From Lophium mytilinum (lineage: Eukaryota), in the NCBI GenBank assembly GCA_010093605.1, contig MU004183.1:1488001-1552000 (forward strand): a stretch of 64,000 nucleotides of DNA, given 5' to 3'. Below the pieces are notes generated by a model. The model worked only from the letters and a program-made list of their open reading frames with translations, was not told the origin of the DNA and did no database searches. Within the stretch, counting starts at the first letter, position 1. Each line of letters starts with the position of its first letter. The position numbers and the translations under genes are program-made. This document shows, one piece after another, positions 22,600-35,506 of this stretch.

Positions 22600-23409
22600 T
22601 TACGCAGCCTCTTTGGTCCTTTTAGCTCGTTGATTCTCTACATCAACGGCCAAAGCCAGGTCCACAGCCCGTGATACAAACGGGCCCTCATCCTGCTCCG
22701 CAGCCTTCTCGTTCATGGCCTTCTCGTCCGCAGCCTTCTTACGCACCTTCTCCTTATTGGCGCGCCTTTCTCGTTTCTGCTGGTCCCGTTTCTGCTGGTA
22801 CCCCCAGACAGGTCCCTTCTTGGGGATATATCCTGGCATTTGTGCCTTAGGCTCCCACGAAGAATAGACTCGGTTCATGTTTGGCACAGCTGCCTCCTTC
22901 TCTCCGCGGCTCGGCAGTGACGCCGTGGTAGCAGCCGGGATCTCGACCACCTCATCGTCATCGACGTTGATAGCCAAAGATGGCGAACTTCCCTCAATGG
23001 TGTACGCAGGCGTGAAATGGCCTTGTGGGGGAAACACCGGCGGAAATTGAGGATAGTTATACGAATACTGGTTGTGGAAGTTGTTCGTATACGTGTTGTC
23101 TTGGACCGGAGCTGAGTGTGTGTAAAATGTATTGAACACATTTTGGTTGTAAGGAGAGTTATACACCACGTTCTGACACGGGGCGTTGGGGTTATTGCCA
23201 AAGTAATGAGGTGCCGTGGTCTGCTGCTGCTTTCCTTCGTCGGTTAAGACAGGCGGAGCAGCACAGGTGAGCTCGTTTATGGTGTCCGAGTCGACGCCGT
23301 CGAAGAAGAACTCGAGGGTGCCACCGTCACACATGGACGTCTCGCAGTACTTAACAGAATCTAGCAGCTCATCGAAAGAAGCAGTGTTTTCGACCGCAGG
23401 AGAGTCCAT
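22600..23409 (-). CDS. Hypothetical protein (acidic N-terminus, N/Y/P-rich middle, basic C-terminus)
   Basis: 269 aa ATG-initiated ORF with an upstream TATATAA (~23549-23555, minus strand). No family recognised. Confidence 0.55.
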   Translation of the reverse strand: MDSPAVENTASFDELLDSVKYCETSMCDGGTLEFFFDGVDSDTINELTCAAPPVLTDEGKQQQTTAPHYFGNNPNAPCQNVVYNSPYNQNVFNTFYTHSAPVQDNTYTNNFHNQYSYNYPQFPPVFPPQGHFTPAYTIEGSSPSLAINVDDDEVVEIPAATTASLPSRGEKEAAVPNMNRVYSSWEPKAQMPGYIPKKGPVWGYQQKRDQQKRERRANKEKVRKKAADEKAMNEKAAEQDEGPFVSRAVDLALAVDVENQRAKRTKEAA

Positions 23410-26400
23410 AGTGGCCTCGGCGGAGTAGTCAAAGGTCGTGTAAGTGTATTTAGAAGTGTAGTAGAAGTGTTGTGGCGAGTACAGCTAGTTAGAAAGTGTG
23501 GTGTTGGGTGTACGTGGAGAAGTAGAGAGGGGAATTTCGAAGACGAGCTTATATAGTGCAGGATCAGAGCGCTCACGATAGGGGTGGGGACGGCTAAGAG
23601 CCTCAACCTTGGTTCTCGCGACAGATTTGCTACGCGGCATAAACGAATCATGATTCATCGTGACCAAAGGTTTCGACATGATCCATGGCCATGCTTGTAA
23701 TGAAACAATCATAGAAGCCCAGCGACGTCTCTTATATGACAACCTTGGATTATCTTTTGGCGACAGGGGGTCCGATATTCCGTTCTTTGATTGAGGTCCT
23801 AGCCTAGGGCACATGAACATGTTTCTGCTTGGCTCCAACTTGCTCACTCGACACCACTGTTGGAGGTAGCATGGTTGCTGAACAGCCAGGTAGTCAAGAG
23901 ATAGTCTGATATGTAGTGCTTGAACCTCGACATGGCCGCTAGATCTTAGAAGTCTTGTGGGGGTACCCCAAGCAGTGGTGAACCAGTGTGCCCAGACGTA
24001 TTGCCTGTCACTGTACTTTAAACCGTGTTAGCATAAGACACTGTAAGACAAACGTGCGCGATGCAAAAAATGAACAGCTCAATGAGCTGAACATCGTGGG
24101 ACGATCCAGTGCATCATTCGACTTTTAACTCTTCGAGGTCGCCCTCTCTCACATCGGCTTTGGCGAGCGGCCGCCTCTCGCCCCTTTTAGAAACGTAGCT
24201 ACAAGACGAGTGTAAACCCTCTTAAGCGTATTCGAACGATGGTGTTGCGCGTAGTCGTCGGTGAAAATCTAGGTGGAGAGTATGATCTCGTCGTAGAGAT
24301 CGTTGATGGGGTTTCCATTGCCTCCGAGCTGGCCGACCTCATCGCTCCTTCTCTTCCGCCTTCCACCACATCCGGCATACCACCGATTTTTCGAGTTACG
24401 CCCCTCTCTTCATCCCCGCGAGGGAAAACCGCCCTACTGTTGCTATATCTGGCGCAGGATGCGGAGCACTAGAATCGTCCTTGAGTTCCTCCGATTCTTG
24501 GGGAGGATAGACAACTTTTTTATCCAGCCGCGCCGCAAGCTAGGCCTACCAGCATCATATGAGCAACAAAACATCCGGAGAGCCAGCAGCGACTATGGTA
24601 TAATTGAAAGCACATGATGAGACCCTTTCCGAGTAGGGGAAGGCGCTCTTGTGCCAGAGAGATGAAGGTTATTCGGGGTTTCCAGAGGCACCAGACCCCC
24701 GAACAGCCTCATCGGCATGATGCCCGCCACGAACACGGAGGACACCACCGTCGATAGAATGGAAAAGCTCATCGACAAGAGATGGCGACATGGCAAGAAC
24801 AGCGACATGTCCACCTCCGCAGCACCATCGCCGAGTGGCCACACGGGATTCTGATCGAGGGCCAATAGCGGATACGGCGTACACTGCTCCGCGGGTCGCA
24901 AGCAGTTCCGACAGCCCCAAATGCTTACGAGCGAGCGAGATATCATCCCGCAAGCGTCGCAGGCCTTTGTCTCCGTAAATCGGCTTGAATTTCGAGGTTG
25001 GTAACCCGGTATTAGATATCAGGTAAGCTTCCTCCAGAGCCACCGATACTGTACGATGGCTAACGTCAAGATCCTTGGAGATAGCTCCGAGACGTTCTCG
25101 TGGCTTCAATCGAAACGTTTTTCGAACAACACGACCTCCGAAAATGTTTCCTTGCCAATTCTGCGCACCGATCGACACCAAAAGTACGTTGGTCCCGCCC
25201 CAATATTGCGGAAGTTCCGAGCAGTCCATTTGGTCCATATACGGTCCGTACTGCTGGAGATACAGCTACAGGCTGATCCGTCCTTCCAGTTCACTTTTCT
25301 TCGTGCCGCATCGCGTTCGAAAGGGAGCCTTCCTGTGGAAAAACGGCGGTCTTATAAAAGAGATTTGGCTGCTGCGTATGATTATGATTTTTGACACTGG
25401 AGTGCCGCTATCTAGGAACATTTCGAGCGGAACAACAAGCTGGAGAGTACTCAAGAAGGACACAAAGTGCTGATGCAATTGGGGATGCGGAATAAGTGAG
25501 GCAAAAGGAAAATAGTGTTTTTACAAGAGTGAGGAAGTGAAGCAGATGAAAAGACAATTGAGCTTCAGTGAGTATGAAACTATAACTCTGGTAGACATAT
25601 ACAATGGCGCTGGTCAGCCTGGCGAACATCTCGCGGAGAGGCAAGTGATATCACGTGATTTCATAGCTTCAGAGATAGGGATCAGGTATCTCGTCTAGTC
25701 ATATGATAACCACTACTACTCTCCCTCTATAGCACTACCGGAGGCATTCAGGAACCCCGCATCAAGATGGTAGACAGCCCAACCGCGCACGAGGGTGTTC
25801 ACGTTCGCAATATTGCACAGCCATCTCATCTCATCTGCCAACATCAACTAATCACCGCATCGTCACTCATCCCAAAGTCATGGAAAGCATAAACAGTCCC
25901 CTCAAAGTCGCACTCGCACAAAACCTCCGCCTCTCAGTAACGCGACACCTTGGACCTGTCAAATCTCCACACGCCCGCAGGGAGACGTTATGGCGTAACC
26001 ATACCGTGCGCGCACCGCGAGTTCCCGACTGGCAACGACTCGCCCTCTCAACCTCACCGTCACTCGCAACTCCACTCCAGCCACCTCGCAACACAAACGG
26101 AGTGCCCGCGAGCAACCCGGCCGATTGGTGCCCGCATCGCACGGCCAGCAGATGAGACCTGGACCCAGCCCTCCGCAACACGTTCCACGGGTTGGACACA
26201 GATGCAGAACCACCCGCTACCTGCGGTGCGCTCGCAAGCGCCCGAGGATGGGATGCGAGGCGCTGCATCGGTCGGGCTGGAGGAGGCTGGGAGGAGAAAG
26301 AGTGGCGGCGGGGATAGGGATGTGAGGTGGGACGAAGGGTTTGAGGGCTCTGCTGTGGCACACTGCGGAGAGCGTGTGAAGAGAGGCCTGGATGCGCTGG

Positions 26401-29400
26401 TTCTGCACCCGGAGCACTCGGGTGAGTCCTCCGAGGTGGTGGCTGGCTTGTGGGACATTTGCTGCAGCGGCTCAAGAGATACCTAGAGACTGAGAGGCTG
26501 GGATTCTCGAGTCCAGATCCGCGACGTGGTACGAGAGCGAAGAAGGAAAGGAAGTGCGATCTGATGCACAGAGACGGGAGGGAAAGCATGACTCGCACCT
26601 CGCTGCGTATGTGCATGTGCGCAATGTGGTGCTCGTGTCGCATGTCAGAACTGCCATGTGGAGAGACTCGTCTTGACAGGTTCTGCAGCGCAAGACGTCG
26701 AGTGCTCGAGTAGTCTCACACGCTAGGCACGAGAATGGAAGCAAGCATGCAACGAGATGGAGCAGGATGCGGATCGCGCGAGGGGAAGAGTAGGCGTATG
26801 GAACATCCGATGGCTGATGCAGGTCGGGCTATCCGTCCGTCGAGAAGCACACCACATTGTCGTCGGCGGCGTTAAAACGGGTCGGGGGCCAGGAACGAGA
26901 CGAACATGCCACAGCTCGGCAGCTCTGCTTGGACCAGGAAGCCGCAAAGACGGCCCTCGCCGTCCGGCGACGAGGGGAGGTGTGGAGGGGTCCCGTAAGG
27001 CTGAGAGAGTCCCTGGAGTGCCTGGAGTTGTGGCGTTGGCAGTCCGACGTGGAGAGCAGCAGCCAGGGGGGGTGGCCGCTGTGTCACGTCGCACATCACA
27101 TGCAGTCGTCCCAGGCATGCTATTCCTGCATTTCCCTTGCACCGTGGTGAAGCGTCTTCGCATCAGACGACCGGCTTCATGAAGGAAGGCAGACATTTTC
27201 CCGAGCCGTGTTCATGCGCTGCCATCCGGAGGTTTCAGCTCGGTCGAAGATCCTCGCCTCTGGAGAAGAGCTTGCTTGCAGGCTTCCAAGACAGTGCAGT
27301 GTGAACCGCATTGCAGCAGCTTCGGAGCTATGAGACAGCAGTTCTCGTCGTTGCCGGTCGATTCGTCCTGCTGCAGAGAGATTCGCGCCTTGGCTGGGTG
27401 ATCGAGGCATCGCCCGCGTTTTGCATCGATTGGTTTTCTAGGCGGTCAGGTGCTTGCATCGAGTAGTTTCAGCTATTGTTGGTGACAAAACTGGGAGAGC
27501 TGAAGACGACTGCTGAATTTTGAACATTAAAATTGAAGACATAGTGCAGCATAAGAACCTAGGAGCCTAGCTGGAGCGAACCGTGGACAGTCTCGACAGT
27601 GAACAGCATTCTTGAGCTCCGGCTAGCACAAATCCAGGGCGCAAAATCGACGTGTCCAAAATCCGTGTGCAAATGTGTGCTCCCAGCCAATATTGCCATG
27701 AATCTACATAGCAAGTAAGCGCAAGCAAGTGAAGAATGTCTGTGAGTTGAGATATGTAGCATCGAGAGATAAGAAGTCATGAGTGGGAGGAAGCATATCA
27801 TGCTTCATCACGTGACGTACACAGTGCTATCGACGTGATTGGCCGACCGATTCGGTGCAAGCGCGTAGTGCGCCACTTCCCGTCGCGACTTCAACTCCAA
27901 CAACGACTTCAACAACCTCAAAAGACGATAAACAGTCTGATCCTACTCCGACAACGGTTACAACGTCTACTCTTCTTCGTGGTCCCCTTCGTGCTCCTTG
28001 GACCTTGGCAGAGAGCGCCTCACTTGATCATACAGCACCGCTTCCAAAGAGTCAAAACCGCAGAGCGTACACCTTTACGGATGATTCTGCAACATCTATT
28101 TACGGTGGTATCATACCTTGTTCGTTTCGACAATCTGTCAATTCGAGTCAATCGCGGTCGTTTTCTAAGCCGCAGCTACCACCTCCATACAGTCAGCGTC
28201 CAGATCTCTCCCCAGTCACGTCTTCTCAATCGATGTTTCCTACCAATAGTTCTCACTTTTCATATTGCCGCATCTACTCAAGACATGGTAAGTGTCCATC
28301 ATATTGCCTTATCGACACATGCTTGTCAGCATGTGGGCTCAGCATCAAAGTGACAACGTCATGAAAATGTGACAATGATCAACTTCCGGTATCATCAACC
28401 TTCATATCTATTGTTGGAAGCAGTCCATTACGGAGTACATCTGCTCTCTTTCAGAAGCGGTCAGATGAACAACCCTGGATGCGCGTCTTTTCTGCATGCC
28501 ACGAGGCATCAAATGCTCCTGTTTGCTCATAGGTCCTACCTGCCCACACGAGGTACATCATGATCTCTTCGACACTGCAGGATTGCCACTAGACCATATT
28601 TACGACGAGGTCACATGGGATAATCGCGAATTTTCTGTGACGGCTCCCCACTCCTCAAAGTCGCGGTCTGCAAACCACAGCATGAGGGTAGTTGACGATG
28701 CTATTGATATTGGTGACAAGGTCGAGAGGGCTCGGTCAGCTACCCTTGAGCACGCCGGCCAACTACAACCTTGCGCCTTTCTGACTATTATGCACTAGGA
28801 AAACGACACACAAAATTTCGCAGCGCCTAGAATAGGACTGTCTCATGTTTCAAGATTAATCATCTTTGCGATCTTCGAGCCTGGTCAATACGACGTTCTC
28901 AGCGTTTCTGACCAATAACGTGACTGCGAATAACTACTCCGCCGTCTGCTGGAAGCCTTGAGACGATGACTACAACATCAGCACCGTGCTCATCCCTGGG
29001 CTTGCGATATAGATAGACGCTGAGCCATGTTTAGATCGGCTGCCACGATACGGTCAACCAAGGTTCAGGATTCAGTCGGCATACCATGGTACGTTTTGGA
29101 ACGGACTCAGTCCGGCCTTATCTGCGCGTCAGAGATCCCGGCTCCCCCGTGGGATCGGTCTATCGTGGAGAAAATGGTGAATGGTAGAGCAAATGTGGAT
29201 CCAATGGGTTGGTGAAACCATCACGGAGTGCCGCAAATGGAATGTCCATCAACCAAGATCTGGAATTAACTCCGAGACAGCCAACATCCCACCCGGACTG
29301 CGAAAATGAGTTCCGAAGGATCACAGCCATATTGTTAGGAGAGTCGTGCTGTGCGCATCACAACTTTCAAAGAGCGTTCTGTGTAACTGAGGGCATTATT

Positions 29401-32400
29401 CCTTTCAATATGACTCTAAAGACCGCAGCCAGAATACACTTCTGCAGCCAGAGTATAGCAGACCGCAACAAGGCCACGGAGGGAGCTGACAACCAATGCC
29501 GACGGTCTAAAATGGGCGCTGCAGAACCGCTTATGCATGCTCGGTTTCAATAGCTGAACACGTCACGAATATCTATGCTGAACCGTGGATGCTATCGCGG
29601 GCGCTTGAGCAGGTCGTCGAATGGTTCAAGATCGAGCGAGCTACCCGGCTGAATCCAGCCAGCTAGATCACCGATTCGCTAGAACGATAATTATGGCAGC
29701 CTGCATGGGTCTAACGACTCCCGCTATCTCGGAGAAAGGCTGGCCTGATAACGCAGAGTGGTCGTAAACAGTGGCCAGTAGAAGCGCTGCGGCACGGCTG
29801 ATTTGAGCAGCCTCGTTTCAGAACTCTGATGTGAGATTCTTATTACCCCAGGCTTTACTGTGTACGATCGTAACCGCCGCTGCGCCGCGATTCCTTCTGC
29901 ACGCATTCCCCGTGCCACACCCGATGGCGGAGTCGAGTTGTTGGCATGCATTCAAGGCATGAACTACCACGAAGTTAAACGACGCCGACGAGGATCAAAC
30001 AGCCCGCCCAACCACAGCCGCAGAGTCGTGAGGAAGACTTGAAGTGCCGCGGAGGGGGCGGTGTGACGGCTATTTGCACGACATCTCTATGCATACTCCA
30101 ATCAGCGTGCTAGGGTGGAGCATGGCGGTTATTGTGAGACGGCTTCTGCATCGCAGCAACACCATCGGAACCATGCGTTGCGATGGCACCAGGGGACCGC
30201 GTACCAAACGGCCGCTGGCGATGTCATGATGGGAATCTTTGCCGCAGTCGTCGCAAAGATCGGTGCCTGTCCTTCAGATGGGCCTTCCAGAACTCTCTGG
30301 ACGACGATGATCATAGCGGCACAGCTGGACTGGCATCACACCAAGAGGCAGGCTGTTGCAGCTGGCGCTCTGCCCAGCCACCAACCGATGTCTTTCGATG
30401 CATGGCTCACCTTAGCGATGATTGGCACGCGAGACGCAGGTGTGGTCGCTGTTAGGGTTTGGGTGGGCATGCGAGAGTCAGGCTGGTACAGGACTTCAAT
30501 CACGATGGCGGGGTCTCGAATGGAGGGGCAGGGAGGGTATCGATAAGACGGGCCAGTGTGGAGACGAGCTTCGAAAGCGCAAGAACTGCCGCGTGTTCGG
30601 CTGCCCGCTAGTTCGCTGGCGTGGTTGGGGATGCTGGGAGGGAGCTGAGCGGTGAGGGTGACACGGCGGCCAGTTGTAGCGAAGCGCTGGGGAAACCATC
30701 GTGAGAGGTTGGGCGTTGCGGCCAGCCTAATCTTCGAGTCTTTGGGCTAACAGAGTCGATAGTGATCAGGGTTTCACGCAGAGGACAGCCTCCTCGACTA
30801 TCACTCGCTGTCACCGTTAGTAGTTGCTTGCAGCCGTCAGGGGGCCTTCAAGAGTGATCCCAGTATCAAAACGGCTCAGCCCAATATACGCATCGCGGAA
30901 ATAGCATCTCGCAGACCACGGCTGAAGGCTTCTGACAATCACAAGCAACACAGCAGCAGGCAGATGAGCTTGAATCACAAGGCTGGGATGGTGAAGGCCG
31001 TTGGACACAAGCAGCACACAACAATTTCGGGAGCAGCGACGTGAGGCACCCACTACCATGTGGCTGGAAAATTCGATAGGGATTCTATTTCGAAGGCCAA
31101 GCTGGGACGGTAGGGTGCTCCCATGGTTGAGAGAGGTCGATCCCGCTGGAATCCGCAAAAACTGGGCTTCTGGCGCTGCGGGACGCCTTGACTGGTTTCT
31201 TTCAGCAGCACGGATGACCCGGGAGCAAAAAACGCAGGTGCCTGCCACCAAGCAAGATCGCTTCCCAGCACGGCCGTCAGCCATGGACGCCTCCTGGCCT
31301 GGATTGCGGCCAGCGATGCACGCCGAGGCACACCAACGCTCAACGGGCATCGATACGGGCCCAAATTAACGCCTAGCTCGGCCGTCCTATTGGATTCATC
31401 AAGCGGTGGCGACTTGCCTTGCTGCATTGGGCGTGCCCATCGTGAGACTGGGCGCGAGTCTTTGTGGGCTCATCCTGATTGCGCAACCGGCCACGTTGTT
31501 GCTCGCCGAGACAGTCGCAGCGCCGTTCGCTCTCAGTTCGCCAGTTTGCAAGTCAGCTCGCCTCCTCACTCGCTGGCTGACGCTGCCGGGGGCGGCCCAG
31601 CGAGTTTGGTGACAGTTCTCGGGCGGGAAGATGCTCGTTGTTGAGGTCTTGTGACGAGTTATTGGAAGGCGACGATGAGCGGAACAAGATGAGCAAGGAC
31701 CGCAGAGTGGTGATTGGCGTGCCATGGAAATTTCTCCGTCTGCACGATCTCCATCTCGCCCGGACGGCAAACGGCTGGGCGTGTCAGGGCTGGCGCAACA
31801 GAGTTTGCTGTGGCGTGGCACCAGCGCTTTGTCTTGATGAGTGCTGCAAATTACTCACACGGAGACTGGCAGAACGCGTGGAGGGGATGACTAACACCGC
31901 CCGCCTCCGTTATGAGATTGGCAATATATTGGGGCGGCCAATCGTTCGGCGGCGTGAAACGGGGCGAGCAAATGTGGGTTGCACGCCGACAGCCTTCCAG
32001 AAGAGTCACCGCCCGCGAATCACCTCACAGAGGCCAGCTGTCCCTCCAGCACGATCGCCAGCTCTTGCAAGTTGCGCCAGATGCCAGAGGGGCCATGACC
32101 ACAGTCTCATTCGTCGTCAGCTGGAATGTTGCAAAATTAGACGGCACGGGCGGCGTTTGCACATCACCCATCATCCCTCCACCCTCCCTTCCTTTCTTTG
32201 TTTCGACCCAAAGGAATGCACCGGCTGGGTGGCAAGGCGAAACGTGACGCTGGGCGCCTGGGTGCTATGAATATGCCCCCCGGCAAAACTGCCCGCCACA
32301 TGCTGGGCCAAGAGGCGCCAGGCGAGGATAGCGAGCGGCGGGCGGCCGAGTTTAGGCAGGCGGGTGCCATGACTTGTTGGAACGATCGACAGCTCGCGAG

Positions 32401-34135
32401 CTGGTTTCGTCATAGCCTCGGTGCTGGCGAGCATGGCGTCGAGTTCTGGGACAAGGGCGTGTCATCGCTTTCGCTCTCTGCTGATGCTCGCCTCTCGGTC
32501 CAACCAGGCGCGCGATCCAATGCGGGATCGCCCATTCCCAATCTCGCCCACAACGGCAGCCTGTGCTCGCGACGAAGTGCTGCAACACGGGCGCCGGTGT
32601 GAGGCCTTTCGCTAGGTCAGGGGCCTCGAAGGGATCAGAGAGACCAGAGGCAGACGCCCATCCAGAGCGTTGTTGCGGCGCCGTGCAACGCTAGCCGGAC
32701 CGCTCGCAAAAGTGCATCGAGCCGCGTGCTGCTGCCTCTCCAGCTGCCGTGGCCGGGCTGACGCTGCTTGAGACCCAGCGAGCCAGTCAAGACAATCAAC
32801 AAGGAGCTGATTACGGCGGACGGCAGCGGCAAGCGTGACAGGACGAAAGAGATGGACCCAGGGCTGTGGAGCGCAGAGCAACGCGTCGACCGAGCCTCGT
32901 TCTGCGCAGCGTTGGTGGAGCCGTGAGCAGCCGCTGTGTTGCTCCCTTGAGCCCTCGCCGTGGAGTCGCCGGTCCCGAGCGCCTAACCGGTGTGGGCGTA
33001 GGGCGATGCATGCAGCTCGCTGGGTTTGTCGGGGGCTTCTGCTGCGCGGAGTGCGTCGAGCCCCAGCCGTGTGTCACTGAACGAGTGTCAAAGCAACCGG
33101 CCGCAGGCAGCATCGGCGCCACTGGACAAGCATCCGATGAGGCACCTGAAGGGACTCTCGACGTCGGAGAGCGCCTGGAGGGCATGACGATGCGAGGAAC
33201 GATCACTGATGGTGACGGAAAAATCGTGCTCACAGCTGATCGGCTTGGGCTGGAAAGGCCAGCCGGGCATCGGCATCTGTCTGTGCACCACCTTGTCCGC
33301 CCGGCTTGCTTCTCTCTCTCGCTGCCCGCTGCTTGCTGGCCTCGTCTTGTTCCGCTTCGCTGATGATGGCTGCATGCATGCTGCTGGGGCGGCTTGGTGA
33401 GCTCTGGTGGATGGCATGACACGGCGCTACAGAGGAGCCCCGGCCAGGGCGGCACCTAGAGGCGGGACCACGTCCTGCCCCAAGCTGTCAGCCCGCCGGT
33501 GTGCTCGGGGTGTGGTGAGGGAGTGCGCGTTGGGTGATGCAGGAGGGCCATGGATCACGATTCCTGCGCCAGGGCTGCCGTGAGTGGACGGCCCAAGCCC
33601 CCTCTTGCCTCCCACCGGGCGTTTTGTGGGCCCACTGTTTCTGCATGGCGGCGATGCACGCGATGCAAAACCCGCTGCTCTCGTCATAGTGCGAGCCTAG
33701 CGCGCTCCTTCCTATTTGTAGAGGGCTTGTCTCGCCCTGCAACGGCCCACTCCACGACCCAAGCCTATGCACCACTCATCACCCAGCCCCAGCCCACCCC
33801 GGCCACCACGCAGACTACATACATCATACTCACAGGCCTCTCCCAATCCACCACATCGACCCTACTCTTCACCACCCGCACTCCTTCACTACTTGTCTGT
33901 TTGCCCACGCTCCCTCAGCCTCCTCGTCGCCTCTACCTCCAGTCCTCTACCTCCTCTCGCCCTTTGCCACCTCGACTGCAGCCACTGTCCACCTCCAGCT
34001 GCTCTCTATCTCTTTAATACGTTGCTGTTCTCTTTTTCTTGAGCCGCGCACAGGATCCCTTTGGACCCCCCGGACTCTCTCTTCCTTGCGGCCTTAGCTG
34101 GATCGTGAGGACCCCCTCTCTCCAACCACCACAGC

Positions 34136-35506
34136 ATGTTGCCCACCCCGCCCGCATCGCCCACCCTCAATGGATTCTGCGCGCCGGAAGAACGTCTTGG
34201 CCAAATCCTGGCCGGTCGTCTGCAACTGACGGGCATCCTTGGAGTTGGCGCCTATGGAGTGGTGTACACAGCCGTGGACATCCACACAAACATTCCCTAC
34301 GCCGTCAAGGCGCTCAACAAGCTCGGCCTGGAGCCCCGCCAGCGGAAATTCCAGCAGCGCGAGATCCAGCTCCACCACCAGGCATCCGCCCATCCCAATG
34401 TGGTTTCCTTGGTAAAGATCATGGACTCTCCCGATTGCACGTATGTGGTCATTGAGTACTGCCCAGAGGGTGATCTGTTTTCCAACATCACCGAGCGAGG
34501 CAAGTATATTGGGAATGATGCCCTTGCCAAGCGGGCCTTTCTCCAGATCTTGGATGCCGTGGAGTACTGCCATTCCATTGGAATCTACCACCGGGACCTG
34601 AAGCCTGAGAATATACTCGTCACCGACCAAGGTATGACTGTCAAACTTGCCGATTTTGGACTTGCCACTGCCGACCACTTCACCTCGGATTTCGGATGCG
34701 GTTCGACTTTCTACATGTCACCAGGTAATTTTCCTCGTCTTCAGTCATTTCATCACAGCCCGAGTCAGAAACTAACCTCCCCGCCAGAATGCCAGACTTC
34801 CTCTCCCAAGGCCTACTCTTGCTACGCATCTGCTCCCAATGATGTCTGGTCCCTAGGAGTTATTCTGGTCAATCTTACCTGTGGGCGCAACCCCTGGAAG
34901 CGTGCCTCGTTCGAGGATACCACTTTCCGGGCCTACATGAAGGATCCCAAGTTTCTGAGGTCCATTCTTCCCTTGTCTGCTGAGCTGGATTCCGTACTCA
35001 AGCGTATCTTTGAGTACAACCCTGCCAAGCGGATCACCATTCCTGAGCTCAGACAATTGATTCTGAACTGCCCGAGGTTCACAACGAGGTCCGCAGCCCC
35101 CGCGCCACTCCCCTCGCCTCCCTTCAAGCCAGTGGACTATTCCAGAGATGCTGCCTTCAACGGAATCTACCAGGCCCAGACTGCCCCACCAGTCATGCTT
35201 CCCGCACCACTGTATGCCCCATCCCACCTGGAGCTCCCATATACGCAACACTCAACATCCTCTGGAAGCTCTGATTCGGACAACGATTCTGTGTTCTCTT
35301 CCAGTTCCTCAGTCTCGTCTGCCTCGTCAACTTCCTCCTTTACCCACGTTCCTGCGGCTCCAAAAGGTGCTTCCCGCGGCATCCAATCCTCATATGTTTC
35401 CCCGCCACCCACCGCATGGTACAATCCATTCCTCCAGGCGGCCAACCTAGTGAAGCACGTCTCGTTCCAACCACCAATGATGGCCGCCCCAGTTCACGTA
35501 TATTAA
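34136..35506 (+). CDS. Ran1/Pat1 (Sks1/Vhs1)-like Ser/Thr protein kinase (intron 34725-34787)
   Basis: [33 protein letters not shown]...[39 protein letters not shown]; Ser-rich tail. Confidence 0.93.
   Translation: MLPTPPASPTLNGFCAPEERLGQILAGRLQLTGILGVGAYGVVYTAVDIHTNIPYAVKALNKLGLEPRQRKFQQREIQLHHQASAHPNVVSLVKIMDSPDCTYVVIEYCPEGDLFSNITERGKYIGNDALAKRAFLQILDAVEYCHSIGIYHRDLKPENILVTDQGMTVKLADFGLATADHFTSDFGCGSTFYMSPGNFPRLQSFHHSPSQKLTSPPECQTSSPKAYSCYASAPNDVWSLGVILVNLTCGRNPWKRASFEDTTFRAYMKDPKFLRSILPLSAELDSVLKRIFEYNPAKRITIPELRQLILNCPRFTTRSAAPAPLPSPPFKPVDYSRDAAFNGIYQAQTAPPVMLPAPLYAPSHLELPYTQHSTSSGSSDSDNDSVFSSSSSVSSASSTSSFTHVPAAPKGASRGIQSSYVSPPPTAWYNPFLQAANLVKHVSFQPPMMAAPVHVY

Noticed and set aside
24593..25478. 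Overlapping ORFs on both strands as a gene
   Set aside because: No recognisable motif or consistent splice model; may be a degraded gene but cannot be supported.
25867..33700. Numerous 60-260 aa ORFs upstream of the kinase, including 27855..28364
   Set aside because: They overlap on both strands, are R/S/P/A/C-rich as expected of GC-rich non-coding DNA, often start at non-ATG codons, and show no domains.
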